The notes under the pieces are model-generated. The model saw only the letters and a program-made list of their open reading frames with translations. It ran no database searches and was not told the DNA's origin. From IMG/VR virus record IMGVR_UViG_3300046804_005146, positions 17,509-81,508 of that record: DNA of 64,000 nucleotides. One strand, given 5' to 3'. Source of the DNA: a virus. Positions within the stretch are counted from its first letter, which is position 1, and each line of letters opens with the position of its first letter. Positions 1 to 9,873 of the stretch are shown here, piece by piece. A program made the position numbers and the translations under genes.

Positions 1-319
1 ATCTTAATATATCAGAACGTTGACCAAAGTTTTTGCAACTTAAAAATAAATTCTTGTTATTGAAGTCAATTGTTTCAACCTCTTTATCAGTCCATAATCT
101 GTATTCGTAATCTGGGTTAGCAGATTTAACTGAATCCATATACTTTTTTAAATTACTGTCCGGCTCACTACCCAACCAAATTTGGTGAATTATTTTAGGT
201 ATCACTTTAGCACCTGACGTTTGTCTATTATTAAAAAGGTATTCAAGTAATTGCCATTTTTCCGGTAAATTTTTATCTCTATAACTAGAGCTTCTAGCCA
301 TTAATTCATTAAATTTCAT
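1..319 (-). CDS. GT32/OCH1-like glycosyltransferase, truncated at window edge
   Basis: Read manually from ATG 319 (ATGA overlap with upstream stop): IPKIIHQIWLG...NPDYEYRLWTD...FGQRSDILR, the typical GT32 N-terminus; not in the ORF track. Confidence 0.8.
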   Translation of the reverse strand, partial: MKFNELMARSSSYRDKNLPEKWQLLEYLFNNRQTSGAKVIPKIIHQIWLGSEPDSNLKKYMDSVKSANPDYEYRLWTDKEVETIDFNNKNLFLSCKNFGQRSDILR

Positions 320-1080
320 AGTATAAATTTCTCCACATTTGGTAAATTGATATAAAGATCACTATCATCTCTGTCTGGTTTAAGCTTCCACATGCCACCT
401 TCTTTAGTAAAAGGCATAATAATTCTTTTATGATTTCCTAAAAATGCAGCCCACCAAGAAAATGATGATTGTGATGTTGCTATATTTTCACTACAAAGCA
501 GTGTCGTAAAATCTACCATACCTCTTTTATCACTGTGATGTTCAAATTTATCTACATACCCTTCAGTATTTAAAGTGCACCCATCACTAATTAATCTTCT
601 AACTGTTTCGCAGTTAGAGTTATCTGTTACTATAATAATGTCTTTAAATCCAGAGCTATCTATCATTTTTCTATAAAAATCGTAACCTAAAAATTTACCT
701 ATTTCTATATAATCTGTCTCTCTAACATGTACCACTAATTTATCTTTATTTGTTACAATTGGTTGTATGTTAAAAAAATACTTTAAACTTTGTTGGTGAA
801 AATAATAATATAATGTTTTCTGTACAAAAGAGTCAACGATAATATCTCTATCAGTTAACAGTAACTCATCATAGTTTACGTGATTATTACCGTAACTACG
901 CGTATGAATAGGGTTAACCGGTTTTACAGCTTCATTCATACTACCTGTAACATTAAAGTTAGGTAACGGTGGTGTGTATAATTTACATCCTTTGTCTTTT
1001 GCCAAACAGTATCCAAAGGCAAATTGAAATAATCTATTACCCATTCTACCCCAATCATCATATTGTACGAAAACACTCAC
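316..1080 (-). CDS. GT11 alpha-1,2-fucosyltransferase-like protein
   Basis: GRMGNRLFQFA, HVRETDY and SSFSWWAAFL motifs; probable GTG start at 1080 overlapping the upstream TGA. Confidence 0.8.
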   Translation of the reverse strand: MSVFVQYDDWGRMGNRLFQFAFGYCLAKDKGCKLYTPPLPNFNVTGSMNEAVKPVNPIHTRSYGNNHVNYDELLLTDRDIIVDSFVQKTLYYYFHQQSLKYFFNIQPIVTNKDKLVVHVRETDYIEIGKFLGYDFYRKMIDSSGFKDIIIVTDNSNCETVRRLISDGCTLNTEGYVDKFEHHSDKRGMVDFTTLLCSENIATSQSSFSWWAAFLGNHKRIIMPFTKEGGMWKLKPDRDDSDLYINLPNVEKFIL

Positions 1081-1919
1081 CAGTAACATCCTCCTTCCAC
1101 TAAATCTTTCTTTTCAGGTATTTCATGTTTCATAGGCTCTGTCCAATGTTCATTGAATAGTGGTTGAAATTCTTTTATCTCTTTCCATCTTTGACCTTTT
1201 ATACCAAAAAGTATTTGAGTAGCTCCACCTAAATGTATACCGGCTTTACCTAATCGTTTGCATTCAGCTGCTAATAAAAACGATGTGTAGCCTGTGCCTA
1301 TAATAGCTACATCAAATGTTTCTTTACGTATAGCTTCTATATAAAATTTATACACTTCATCAGAAGTTTTATATTTGTTTGTAGATGTAATTTTTAAAGC
1401 AAACGGATATTTTAAAACTTTTAAAGTGAAATTAGGTATTATTTTTCCTTTCCAAATTCTTTCTAAATTAGAAAAGTTTTGACGAATAGAGTCTCCGAAA
1501 GGACTTATAACCAACACTACTTTATTTTCTAGATATTTAGTCCACGGTTTTTCAAAAAAATATGGTTCTAAATGTTGTAGCTGCGTAAAATATGTATTTT
1601 TAGAGCAATATTTTTCAAAAACAAATTTTTCAAAATCTGGAATTACTCTATTCCAAATAGGTAATAAATCTGCTATAGATAGAGCGTTTTTCATATCTGC
1701 AGCAAACTGTTTAGTTGTTTCCGGTGTATAAGGATACAACCCAGCAATATCTTCTACTTCATGCTGTAAATGAGGTAAAAAATTATTTGCAGAGTTTAAT
1801 AAATGATCGCAATATAACAGATTCAACTCTGTTACACCTATTTTACCTGCGCATAATGGTTTATTGTTCTTTAAATAATGAGAGATAAAATTGTTTCCAT
1901 CAACAACCATTGTTCTCAT
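1077..1919 (-). CDS. Putative glycan-modifying protein (GT-D fold-like)
   Basis: C-terminal FDVAIIGTG...GKAGIHLGGATQILFGIKGQRW resembles GT-D-like proteins; inside the GT operon. Confidence 0.5.
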   Translation of the reverse strand: MRTMVVDGNNFISHYLKNNKPLCAGKIGVTELNLLYCDHLLNSANNFLPHLQHEVEDIAGLYPYTPETTKQFAADMKNALSIADLLPIWNRVIPDFEKFVFEKYCSKNTYFTQLQHLEPYFFEKPWTKYLENKVVLVISPFGDSIRQNFSNLERIWKGKIIPNFTLKVLKYPFALKITSTNKYKTSDEVYKFYIEAIRKETFDVAIIGTGYTSFLLAAECKRLGKAGIHLGGATQILFGIKGQRWKEIKEFQPLFNEHWTEPMKHEIPEKKDLVEGGCYW

Positions 1920-2685
1920 ATATAATGTATGTCTGTGTATTACTCCACCATACCTTATCTCCCAACAAAGCTTTAATATCCATAGTGCTTCTATTTTCTT
2001 GCACTTTTAACCAGCGTTCATGTAATCCTTCATAGCCTTGATAATACACTTCTTTAAAAATTACATCTTCCTCGTAATAGTAAGCATAATGTTTGAATCT
2101 TTGAGGTAATAACAGCCCTGGTCCGTTTTTACCTTTTAACGTAGGTGGTTCATGTTTTTCAAATTCTTCACCAAACCATGCCCACAATCTCCTATAAGGT
2201 ACACGTCTACCTTCACCCCATTCACCTATGACTTTTTGATTTGGACCGACATAATAGTCGCATAAAAAGCACCCCGTCTTACCTTCTTTTTGAATTAACA
2301 GTTGTTCTGCCGCATCCAAATCTTTTGCATCCCACTGTTCATCAACGTCAATCTGCCAGAGAAAACATTTATCTGTTATGCGTTTAATTTCTGATATAGC
2401 TGCGTTAACTTGTTGGTCTTTACTATCCCAAGGTCTATCTACAGGTCTCAATACTCTAATTTTAGCATTTACATACTTATCTAAAAACTCGGTAGTGCCG
2501 TCTACAGAGCAGAAATTAGAATGAAATATGTCAGGTATAGGTTTACACCAATTGGTTGATCCTCCTGGGTTAGCCACTCCTTCAACTATGATCCAATGAT
2601 CAAAATTTTTGATCATATTTTCATAAAAGTTGTTGTGTAGTAAATGTTTAAAGCCGTTTAATACTATGGTGAATGCAATTCTCAT
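1900..2685 (-). CDS. Glycosyltransferase (GT-A/GT2-like)
   Basis: WIIVEG, SVDGTTEFL and LWQIDVDEQW (DxD) motifs. Confidence 0.65.
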   Translation of the reverse strand: MRIAFTIVLNGFKHLLHNNFYENMIKNFDHWIIVEGVANPGGSTNWCKPIPDIFHSNFCSVDGTTEFLDKYVNAKIRVLRPVDRPWDSKDQQVNAAISEIKRITDKCFLWQIDVDEQWDAKDLDAAEQLLIQKEGKTGCFLCDYYVGPNQKVIGEWGEGRRVPYRRLWAWFGEEFEKHEPPTLKGKNGPGLLLPQRFKHYAYYYEEDVIFKEVYYQGYEGLHERWLKVQENRSTMDIKALLGDKVWWSNTQTYIIYENNGC

Positions 2686-3377
2686 TTAATTATCCAGTTT
2701 GATTTGAAGGTTGGTGTTGGGTGATTTTCTTTCTTTAATAATATCTTTTTATTAGGTATATTCAACTGTTCGACAAAATTAGCCATAGCACTATCTACTA
2801 ATGCAATACAATTAGCTTTTTCAATAATTTTACGCCAATAAAAAATACTGTGTTTATCATTAATTTCTATAATTTGATGTTTACTTTCAAATTTAACATT
2901 TAATTGTCCTCTAGAATGTTTAATACCGACAAGATCATATTTTTCTTGTTTAACATACAAATCATAAACTTCATTTTCTTTTTCTATATTTCTATTGTAA
3001 GTTAATGACCATTTTTTATCAAAAGGTACTTTAGCTTTTCTATATTTAAATTCATCAAATTTTTCAGGTCCAAATCCATCGCCTTCTTTTACATACTCAT
3101 CTGTAACCATGCTACCAGGAAATGTTGCAGCTAAATCAAAAATAGCATCAGGTTTGTAATTAATTAAAGTGCCTTTAGCTTGTGGTACACAATTGTAAAC
3201 ATCATCTGTTACCGGTAAAAAACTAACATAAGGTGCAGCTTCAGTAAACATACTAACATACTGATGAAATATAGGCCAAATTACCTTTACACCTAACTCG
3301 TTATAATAACTTGCTATAGGTAAGCATATTATTAAATCTCCAAGTTTACCAGGTTGGATTATACCTACTGTTTTCAT
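2682..3377 (-). CDS. Glycosyltransferase (GT9-like)
   Basis: N-terminal GKLGDLIICLP and C-terminal VDSAMANF resemble GT9 motifs. Confidence 0.55.
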   Translation of the reverse strand: MKTVGIIQPGKLGDLIICLPIASYYNELGVKVIWPIFHQYVSMFTEAAPYVSFLPVTDDVYNCVPQAKGTLINYKPDAIFDLAATFPGSMVTDEYVKEGDGFGPEKFDEFKYRKAKVPFDKKWSLTYNRNIEKENEVYDLYVKQEKYDLVGIKHSRGQLNVKFESKHQIIEINDKHSIFYWRKIIEKANCIALVDSAMANFVEQLNIPNKKILLKKENHPTPTFKSNWIIK

Positions 3378-3970
3378 ATTTTAATAGACGATTTATAAAC
3401 TCCGGTGTATACTCCTTCTTGAATTGCAGGTCTAGTGTAACAAGATCTTAACCCTTCTTTTTCAATCATTTCATTTAAAAAGTGATCTGGTGTTTTTGGA
3501 TTAATACTCCAATGCTTTAATATTTTTCTAACCGCGTCTAAAGTTACCATATAGCAGTGAGCACAACGTGTTCTATAATCAGGGTGATAATAAACATGTT
3601 TACCTTCTATATTTTCATATGGTTCTATTTCACAACAAGTACCATGAAACATAATATCTCCTTTTAACCCTCTAAACTCCTTTAAAAAAATCTCTTCATA
3701 TTTCCTATATTCTTTCCATAACACTACATCATCTTCAAATATAGTAGCTATTTCTACATTGTTCTTATCCATGTGTTCAAAAACGTATTTGTGCTTAAGA
3801 TACAAAGAGTATTCTCTAATATTAATAAATCTATGTTGCTCAGGTAGTTCGATGTGTTCTGGTAAATACCCGGTAACCCAAATGGGATCAATATTTAGAA
3901 GTTTGAAACAGTGATCTAAATATTTTTTACGTTGAGTTAGTGGTGTGTGATGTAAAACGTAGTAATTCAA
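3374..3970 (-). CDS. GT25 family glycosyltransferase
   Basis: SLYLKH, IFEDDV and AHCYMVT motifs. Confidence 0.7.
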   Translation of the reverse strand: MNYYVLHHTPLTQRKKYLDHCFKLLNIDPIWVTGYLPEHIELPEQHRFINIREYSLYLKHKYVFEHMDKNNVEIATIFEDDVVLWKEYRKYEEIFLKEFRGLKGDIMFHGTCCEIEPYENIEGKHVYYHPDYRTRCAHCYMVTLDAVRKILKHWSINPKTPDHFLNEMIEKEGLRSCYTRPAIQEGVYTGVYKSSIKI

Positions 3971-4716
3971 ATTGCACCTCCTTGGGTGTCAACTTTACTC
4001 CAGTCAGGAGTAACACCGGTACGTATACTAACAATCTTAACATCGTTAATTCTTTCTTGAACTAAATCGTACCATAATTTATCGCTTATTTTATTAGTAT
4101 CAGCTATTGCCATTCTATCTGCTACCCCGTCTTTTTTATCTTTACCTAGTACCCAATGACGGTGTTCTATCATAATATCACCACGATACTTAAGTCTACC
4201 TACTGATGAGAACACTTGATGTAACCATTGATCGACCCAGTTAATTTTAAACTCTTCTCTCATGAACTTACCGTCCATTATATTTGCATACTCTCTATGA
4301 CAGAAAAAATTAACGGCTAATTTTTCGCCATGATATCCATCGTTACAATGTATTCCTAAAATTTTATCATCTGGTGCATTTTTAAATTCTGTTAATAGCA
4401 TTTCATCCCAATTAGGTGTCTTGAATACCATATCATCACCTATCATTGAAATAATTTCTTCATTAGACGCAGCTACACATTCATTCCACATTTTACCGAG
4501 ACCTATAAATTTACCTTCATTGTGAATGTTAACTATTTTAACGCAAGGTATAGCATTAGCTACCTTTGTAATGATTGGTAATGTGGGATCATCGTCATCC
4601 ACACCAAAATAGATATTAACGTTATTAATATCTTTAACAGTGGTTAAAATAGACATTAACATTGTTAAACGTCTGTTCATTCGTTCACGAGATGGTACTA
4701 ATATTGCAATTTTCAT
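3967..4716 (-). CDS. GT2-like glycosyltransferase
   Basis: IAILVPSRER, GVDDDD, IGDDMVF and IEHRHW motifs. Confidence 0.7.
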   Translation of the reverse strand: MKIAILVPSRERMNRRLTMLMSILTTVKDINNVNIYFGVDDDDPTLPIITKVANAIPCVKIVNIHNEGKFIGLGKMWNECVAASNEEIISMIGDDMVFKTPNWDEMLLTEFKNAPDDKILGIHCNDGYHGEKLAVNFFCHREYANIMDGKFMREEFKINWVDQWLHQVFSSVGRLKYRGDIMIEHRHWVLGKDKKDGVADRMAIADTNKISDKLWYDLVQERINDVKIVSIRTGVTPDWSKVDTQGGAI

Positions 4717-5978
4717 TCTGGATATCCTTTGTCAAATTCATCAAAAACCTGACCGACAAACTCACCGTCAGGTAAAGCCACGTGAGGCGGGAAAGGTTTC
4801 TTTTCTATATATGTGCAGTGCACTTGAGCTGCGTTTTTAATCAACGGGTATACTCTATCTGCTAAAAAGAACTGATCGCACGAATATTTGTCATATTGAT
4901 TCCAATTAGCAATCATACCCCGTATATTGTTTATATATCCTGGAGTACCTCCCCACAAACCACCTTGAATTGGAAATACGTGATTCTTATGATCTCTCAT
5001 AATATGGAAGGGTTGCTTTGAATCAATCCAATCAGTTACTGCCACTGCTTCTTTTCTATTAAATCTTGAGTCAGCATCTCTTATACAAAAACGTTTAACT
5101 GATAAATCGTCATTTACCCAGAAACGCCAGTACATACCTTCAAATGAGCCTAAACCACCTGGAGTTTGATAAACTTGGCAACCTAAACCATGTAGTTTTT
5201 TAGCAAACTCCATATCTATTGTCTTGTCAATATAGAATCTTAATTTCCACCCAGGGTAAACAGATTTTGCTAATTCAATATTTTTTAAAGCACCGTAACG
5301 ATATTTTTCTTTATTACCCCATAGACTTATTGAGATGATATTTGAACCGTTTAAGCTATATAAATATGCAAAGTCTTTTAATGTTTTAACATAATGATAC
5401 GAAACAGGTTCATTATACTCATCGTTATATACTGTATAGTTATGAGGATGTATACCTTCTAAATGATCAAATTTTATTTTCAATCTTCTCATTACAGACC
5501 CAAAAGTAACGTCACCGTAACCTGTTCTCTCTAGAGGTATTTCAGGTAAAGATGTAATTAAATTTCTACTTATACAATAACCAGCTCCACCAGAACAATA
5601 TTCAAAATCTTGACCCATTGCAGTGTATACTGGATTCAATGGGTCACTTTTTTTGTTTAAGACGTATCCCCAAACTCTATTAGGGTCAACGATTCTAAGC
5701 TTTTTCTTTAAATTTTCTGTAAAAATAAAAGTATCATTATCACAAAAACAGAACCAGTCATATTGTAAATGTTTGTAATTCTTAATTACATAATTGATAC
5801 CAAAAATTTGCTTCTCTTCATTACTTGCATATGTATCGTTATCTGTACATTTTAGTTTGTAATCACCCTCTTCATCAGTTAGATAAAGATACTCTTGACC
5901 TTTCAACCAAGTGTTTAGTTGATTATAATCCCTTTCAGGTTGATGTTTTGTTGTAAGTATTAAATACAGTACTTTCAT
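4713..5978 (-). CDS. Two-domain glycosyltransferase: Fringe/GT31-like N-terminal domain plus a second GT-A-like domain
   Basis: WFCFCDNDTF, YCSGGAGYCIS, DVTFG, VSYHY (GT31); then ISISLWG, IRDADSR, HIMRDH, DQFFL. Confidence 0.7.
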   Translation of the reverse strand: MKVLYLILTTKHQPERDYNQLNTWLKGQEYLYLTDEEGDYKLKCTDNDTYASNEEKQIFGINYVIKNYKHLQYDWFCFCDNDTFIFTENLKKKLRIVDPNRVWGYVLNKKSDPLNPVYTAMGQDFEYCSGGAGYCISRNLITSLPEIPLERTGYGDVTFGSVMRRLKIKFDHLEGIHPHNYTVYNDEYNEPVSYHYVKTLKDFAYLYSLNGSNIISISLWGNKEKYRYGALKNIELAKSVYPGWKLRFYIDKTIDMEFAKKLHGLGCQVYQTPGGLGSFEGMYWRFWVNDDLSVKRFCIRDADSRFNRKEAVAVTDWIDSKQPFHIMRDHKNHVFPIQGGLWGGTPGYINNIRGMIANWNQYDKYSCDQFFLADRVYPLIKNAAQVHCTYIEKKPFPPHVALPDGEFVGQVFDEFDKGYPE

Positions 5979-6801
5979 TTTTCAATTTTTTAATGATTTG
6001 AATTACTTCTTCTTTACCAACAAAAGGAGGCTGATTAGGGTAATGGCCGTGTTTACGTAAGTAAATTTCTCTACCACCATACACGTTTTTAGCCCACTGT
6101 TCGGATTTATTTGCAATGGAAGAGTTATCTATAGCTCCCGGTGCTTCAGTTAAATACTCTGTGCTATCAGCTAAATCAGCAAACCACCAAAATGGTGGGT
6201 GGTAACCTGCTTTGATAATACGGTATGTATGGTCTACATGCTCCCATGCGTTATAAAATTCTTCATCAATATAACCTACCTTTTCTAAAACTTCTCTTGT
6301 AAAAAAAGAAAACATAGCTACTGTATGCTCATATAGTGCAATCTTCAAATCTTTACTATATTCTATAACAATTTTTGGATTAGGTTCACTGTGTTGATCT
6401 AATAAATGTCTGTTATGTAAATCAAAATTTTGAATAGTTTGTTTTCTATTAAAAGGAGAGCCAGGGCCGTAATTAAAGTGATGTATACCTGATAATTTAA
6501 ATGCTTTAATATACTTGTCGAATATTTCTCCGTTTTTAATAAGCATATCATCTTCAATAATAAAGATGTAATCGCAATCTTTATCATAAAGATATTTCAT
6601 GGCTTTATTTTTAGATTTACCTACCCCTAAATTTTTAGGATTATCTAACCAAACACCAAAAGATAAATCAAAATCGTTGATAGGGGATCCGTCATTTACA
6701 ACTACCAATTCATTAATTTTGCTGTATGGAATCGTGTTTAAAAGGTTGCGTAAGTAATCGGGTCTATTACAAGTAATGATGCCTACACCTATTTTAGCCA
6801 T
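5935..6801 (-). CDS. GT2 family glycosyltransferase
   Basis: IITCNRP, VVNDGS, IEDDM and VGYIDEEF...EHVDHTYR motifs. Confidence 0.8.
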   Translation of the reverse strand: MAKIGVGIITCNRPDYLRNLLNTIPYSKINELVVVNDGSPINDFDLSFGVWLDNPKNLGVGKSKNKAMKYLYDKDCDYIFIIEDDMLIKNGEIFDKYIKAFKLSGIHHFNYGPGSPFNRKQTIQNFDLHNRHLLDQHSEPNPKIVIEYSKDLKIALYEHTVAMFSFFTREVLEKVGYIDEEFYNAWEHVDHTYRIIKAGYHPPFWWFADLADSTEYLTEAPGAIDNSSIANKSEQWAKNVYGGREIYLRKHGHYPNQPPFVGKEEVIQIIKKLKNESTVFNTYNKTST

Positions 6802-6806
6802 AAGCT

Positions 6807-6834
6807 ATTTTAATAAATAATTGATATATGTCAA
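6807..6834 (-). promoter_or_regulatory. Sigma70-type promoter for the GT operon (leaderless)
   Basis: TTGACA (6834-6829), 16 nt spacer, TAAAAT (6812-6807), 5 nt to ATG 6801. Confidence 0.7.
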
Positions 6835-7541
6835 CTACGAAGATTAACTTCAATCAACTTCCAGTAGCGGATGAAGTAAAGAATAACGATTACTTTATTA
6901 TTGATGATGAAGTTGTAACTAAAAGAGTTCAATTTACAAATATAGTTTTTGGTTTAGATAATGTAACATTTGCAAGTACTATTTCTGCTAACTCTACTGA
7001 TATAAATACCCTATCATCTGATGTAATTACATTATCAGGTGAGCTGTATCAGGAAGCTGATATATTAACTTCGTTAATTACAACTACCGTACAAGCTGCT
7101 ACCGGTTCTTTAGTTAACTTATTGTATCCAGTTGGTAGTATAAAATACACTGTAGCTAACGTTAGTCCAAGTGTAACGTTGCCTGGTACAAGTTGGATTC
7201 AAATTTCTCAGGGTAGATATATTGCTGGTGTTGGTACTGGTACAGATGCTAATAGTAATATATTTGAGGTTAGAGAAAGAGTTGTTGGTACTAATACTAC
7301 AGAGACTGAATACGTTCACACATTAACAACAGCAGAAATACCTGCTCATAGTCATACTATCAATCCATTGTATGCTGGTAATGCAGACGGTAATGACTCG
7401 TTTAAAGATGAAGGTACACCAAGAACTGTACCAGGCACTACTAATACATACTTTAATGCAACTAACAATGCAGGTGGAGGTAGTGCTCACAATAACAAGC
7501 CTCCTGTGTATGGTTTATACGTTTGGGAAAGAGTATCTTAA
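6828..7541 (+). CDS. Baseplate/short tail fiber protein (gp10 C-terminal-like)
   Basis: LYPVGSI...W...GRYIAGVG...HTLTTAEIPAHSH...AHNNKPP.YGLYVWER; late TAAATA at 6814. Confidence 0.7.
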   Translation: MSTTKINFNQLPVADEVKNNDYFIIDDEVVTKRVQFTNIVFGLDNVTFASTISANSTDINTLSSDVITLSGELYQEADILTSLITTTVQAATGSLVNLLYPVGSIKYTVANVSPSVTLPGTSWIQISQGRYIAGVGTGTDANSNIFEVRERVVGTNTTETEYVHTLTTAEIPAHSHTINPLYAGNADGNDSFKDEGTPRTVPGTTNTYFNATNNAGGGSAHNNKPPVYGLYVWERVS

Positions 7542-8311
7542 CGTTTTGTCTTTTTGACGAAATCTTTAATTTTGTTTATCTCTTTCTTATAAGCCGTTTC
7601 ATTATTTGCAATCTTTTTTTGCTCTTTTAACAACGCTTCCATAGCTGTTAAATTTTCAGGATTGAAAAGATTATCAGGTGTTGAAGGATCTCCTCCAATA
7701 GGTTGACCGTCCTTATCAACATAAAACTTTATCATTTGAATTCTCTCAAGAGGATTACCAAATATTTCAATCATACCTGGTTGATCATTTTTAGGAAAGA
7801 AAGGGTTCTTACCACTGTTTAAGGTGTATTGATTGTATATTGCTTTAAAAATACTATCGATCTCTTTAATATAAACAGGGTCTATTTCTCTTTCTTTACT
7901 CTTATCTTCTTTAATGGGCACGGGAGCTACTTTAGTAATTGGTGTAAAGAAAATAATATCTAAAAATCTCATACTTTCTCTTACGATAGGTATACATTTA
8001 TCGATAAATTCTTTATCGATATCGCTGGTTTGTTTTTCCATACACCACATAGAATAGACAAGATTGTCTAAAGGACAGCGATCAAAAATTACATTGTCAG
8101 TTCTTTTATATTTTTGCAATTCATCAACCATAAAGTTGAGAATTTTCCATTGAGAGTCTTTAGTAGCGTTTTTACTGTGTGGTAGTTTTTCTTTCTTTAA
8201 AAGTTCTCTGTATGTAGAGCTTTCTTTCTTATAAACAGGCCATTCAGCTAAAAAATCGTTTATTAACGTAGTCTTACCTTGATTTGCAGAACCGGATATT
8301 GCTAGACGCAT
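7538..8311 (-). CDS. P-loop nucleotide kinase-like ATPase (AAA_28/dNMP kinase-like)
   Basis: GSANQGKTT Walker A and FDRCPLD motif. Confidence 0.65.
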   Translation of the reverse strand: MRLAISGSANQGKTTLINDFLAEWPVYKKESSTYRELLKKEKLPHSKNATKDSQWKILNFMVDELQKYKRTDNVIFDRCPLDNLVYSMWCMEKQTSDIDKEFIDKCIPIVRESMRFLDIIFFTPITKVAPVPIKEDKSKEREIDPVYIKEIDSIFKAIYNQYTLNSGKNPFFPKNDQPGMIEIFGNPLERIQMIKFYVDKDGQPIGGDPSTPDNLFNPENLTAMEALLKEQKKIANNETAYKKEINKIKDFVKKTKR

Positions 8312-8346
8312 TTAATAATTTAGATACGTCTGATATTAAATCAATA

Positions 8347-8877
8347 TTACTGTTTCCAGGCCTGACCTACTGAACCCGGTTGCTGTTGTGCTGATTGTTG
8401 AGGCTGTTGCCCTGTTGCTTGTTGCTGAGGTTGCGCTGGTGATAAAGCACCAGCTTGAGGGTTTTGCACTTGCATTCCAGCATCTTGTTTTATTCTGTTA
8501 ACGATTTCGTTAAACGAGTTTTGTAATGAGTTTAATACGTTGCTAGGATCTACGTCTATCTCAATTCCTAGTTTATTTAAATCGTTTTGAATATCGTTCA
8601 TCACTTTTGTTACTTTATTAGCAGCAGAATTTCTATAACTCTCGACCTTTGCAATATCGGACTGTGCTTTAGCTTGACCACCTGCTGCAGCTGCTTGTTG
8701 ACTTGCTGCTACATTGCCTGTGAACCCAGCTTTAGCTGCTTTTGCACTTGCTTTAGCTCTAGCTGGTAAATTTTTAACAGTTGCTTTAGCTTGACTACCT
8801 CTTGCTTTTAAACGATCCAAAATGCCTTCGTTCACGTTATTGTAAGCCTCAAAAATCAAGTGGGAGTCCTTATTCAT
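8347..8877 (-). CDS. Hypothetical protein, probably virion-internal
   Basis: A/Q-rich; LIFE and VNE cleavage-like sites; TAAATA 6 nt upstream. Confidence 0.5.
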   Translation of the reverse strand: MNKDSHLIFEAYNNVNEGILDRLKARGSQAKATVKNLPARAKASAKAAKAGFTGNVAASQQAAAAGGQAKAQSDIAKVESYRNSAANKVTKVMNDIQNDLNKLGIEIDVDPSNVLNSLQNSFNEIVNRIKQDAGMQVQNPQAGALSPAQPQQQATGQQPQQSAQQQPGSVGQAWKQ

Positions 8878-8901
8878 ATGTATTATTTATTAAATACTTA
8901 T

Positions 8902-9873
8902 ATGCGCACCTTAAAAATATCTTCTCTCATATTATTAACGTTTCTAATGACTGGCTGCCAAATGATACCTAGTTTTAAATGGCCTTTTGGAGATAAAAAA
9001 CCAGATATTGATGTACCAGCTTTAACAGCTAAAATAGCAGCAGAAGAAGCTGCTAAAATGGCTGCTAAATTAGCTGAAGCAGATAAAAAGGTAGAAGAAG
9101 CTCGTAAAAAAATGGAGTTAGATTATGCAAAACAAAAAGAAGAGTTACAAAAGATTTACGATGAAAGAGCTCAAAAAGTAAGAGAAAATATGACTAAAGT
9201 AGGTGAATTGAATTATGGTATTTTTTATGTTTCAGAAGAAAAACGTAAACAGGATATAAACACAACTATATCATATCTACGTTCAAAAGAAATAATGAAT
9301 CGTATGGACACTTTAACTGAAAACTCTATCGATAAAGTAAAAAGAGAAGTTGAAGAAGAAAAGAAAAAATCTTTTGATGAATTATTTGCAAAATATAAAG
9401 CAAGTACAGATTTAGCTATTCATCAAAAACAAGCACTTGATGCTGCACAGGCTTTAATTGAACAAAGAGAAAAAGAAATGGCAGCTTTAAGAGAAGCTAA
9501 CAAAGTAACTATAGAAAAATTAGAAGCAGAAAAACGTCTTGAATACGCTAAACAGCAAAATGAAGCGGAAAATAAAGCTAAAGCAGCTAAAGAAGCAATG
9601 AGAATGGAAATGATAGGTTATATCATGAAAGCTCTTGTAGGTGTAGGTGTAGTATTTCTACTTCTTGCTGGTATAATGAAAAGTCTAACATTTATGGGAG
9701 CAGCTGTATTTTCGTTTGGTCTAGCTTATTTAGCAGCTACCGTTCCTTTCTGGATTATTGCTAGTGTTATGGGTGTAATAGTAATGCTTGTAATATTTAT
9801 AGATCCTAAGACCGGCAAATTTACTTGGATAAGTAAACCTACTTCAGTTGCAAAAGATAAAGCAAGTGGTTAA
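8902..9873 (+). CDS. Lipoprotein with long coiled coil and three C-terminal TM segments (spanin-like candidate)
   Basis: Signal MRTLKISSLILLTFLMTG-C; about 200 aa E/K/A coiled coil; 3 hydrophobic helices; TAAATA 5 nt upstream of ATG 8902. Confidence 0.55.
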   Translation: MRTLKISSLILLTFLMTGCQMIPSFKWPFGDKKPDIDVPALTAKIAAEEAAKMAAKLAEADKKVEEARKKMELDYAKQKEELQKIYDERAQKVRENMTKVGELNYGIFYVSEEKRKQDINTTISYLRSKEIMNRMDTLTENSIDKVKREVEEEKKKSFDELFAKYKASTDLAIHQKQALDAAQALIEQREKEMAALREANKVTIEKLEAEKRLEYAKQQNEAENKAKAAKEAMRMEMIGYIMKALVGVGVVFLLLAGIMKSLTFMGAAVFSFGLAYLAATVPFWIIASVMGVIVMLVIFIDPKTGKFTWISKPTSVAKDKASG

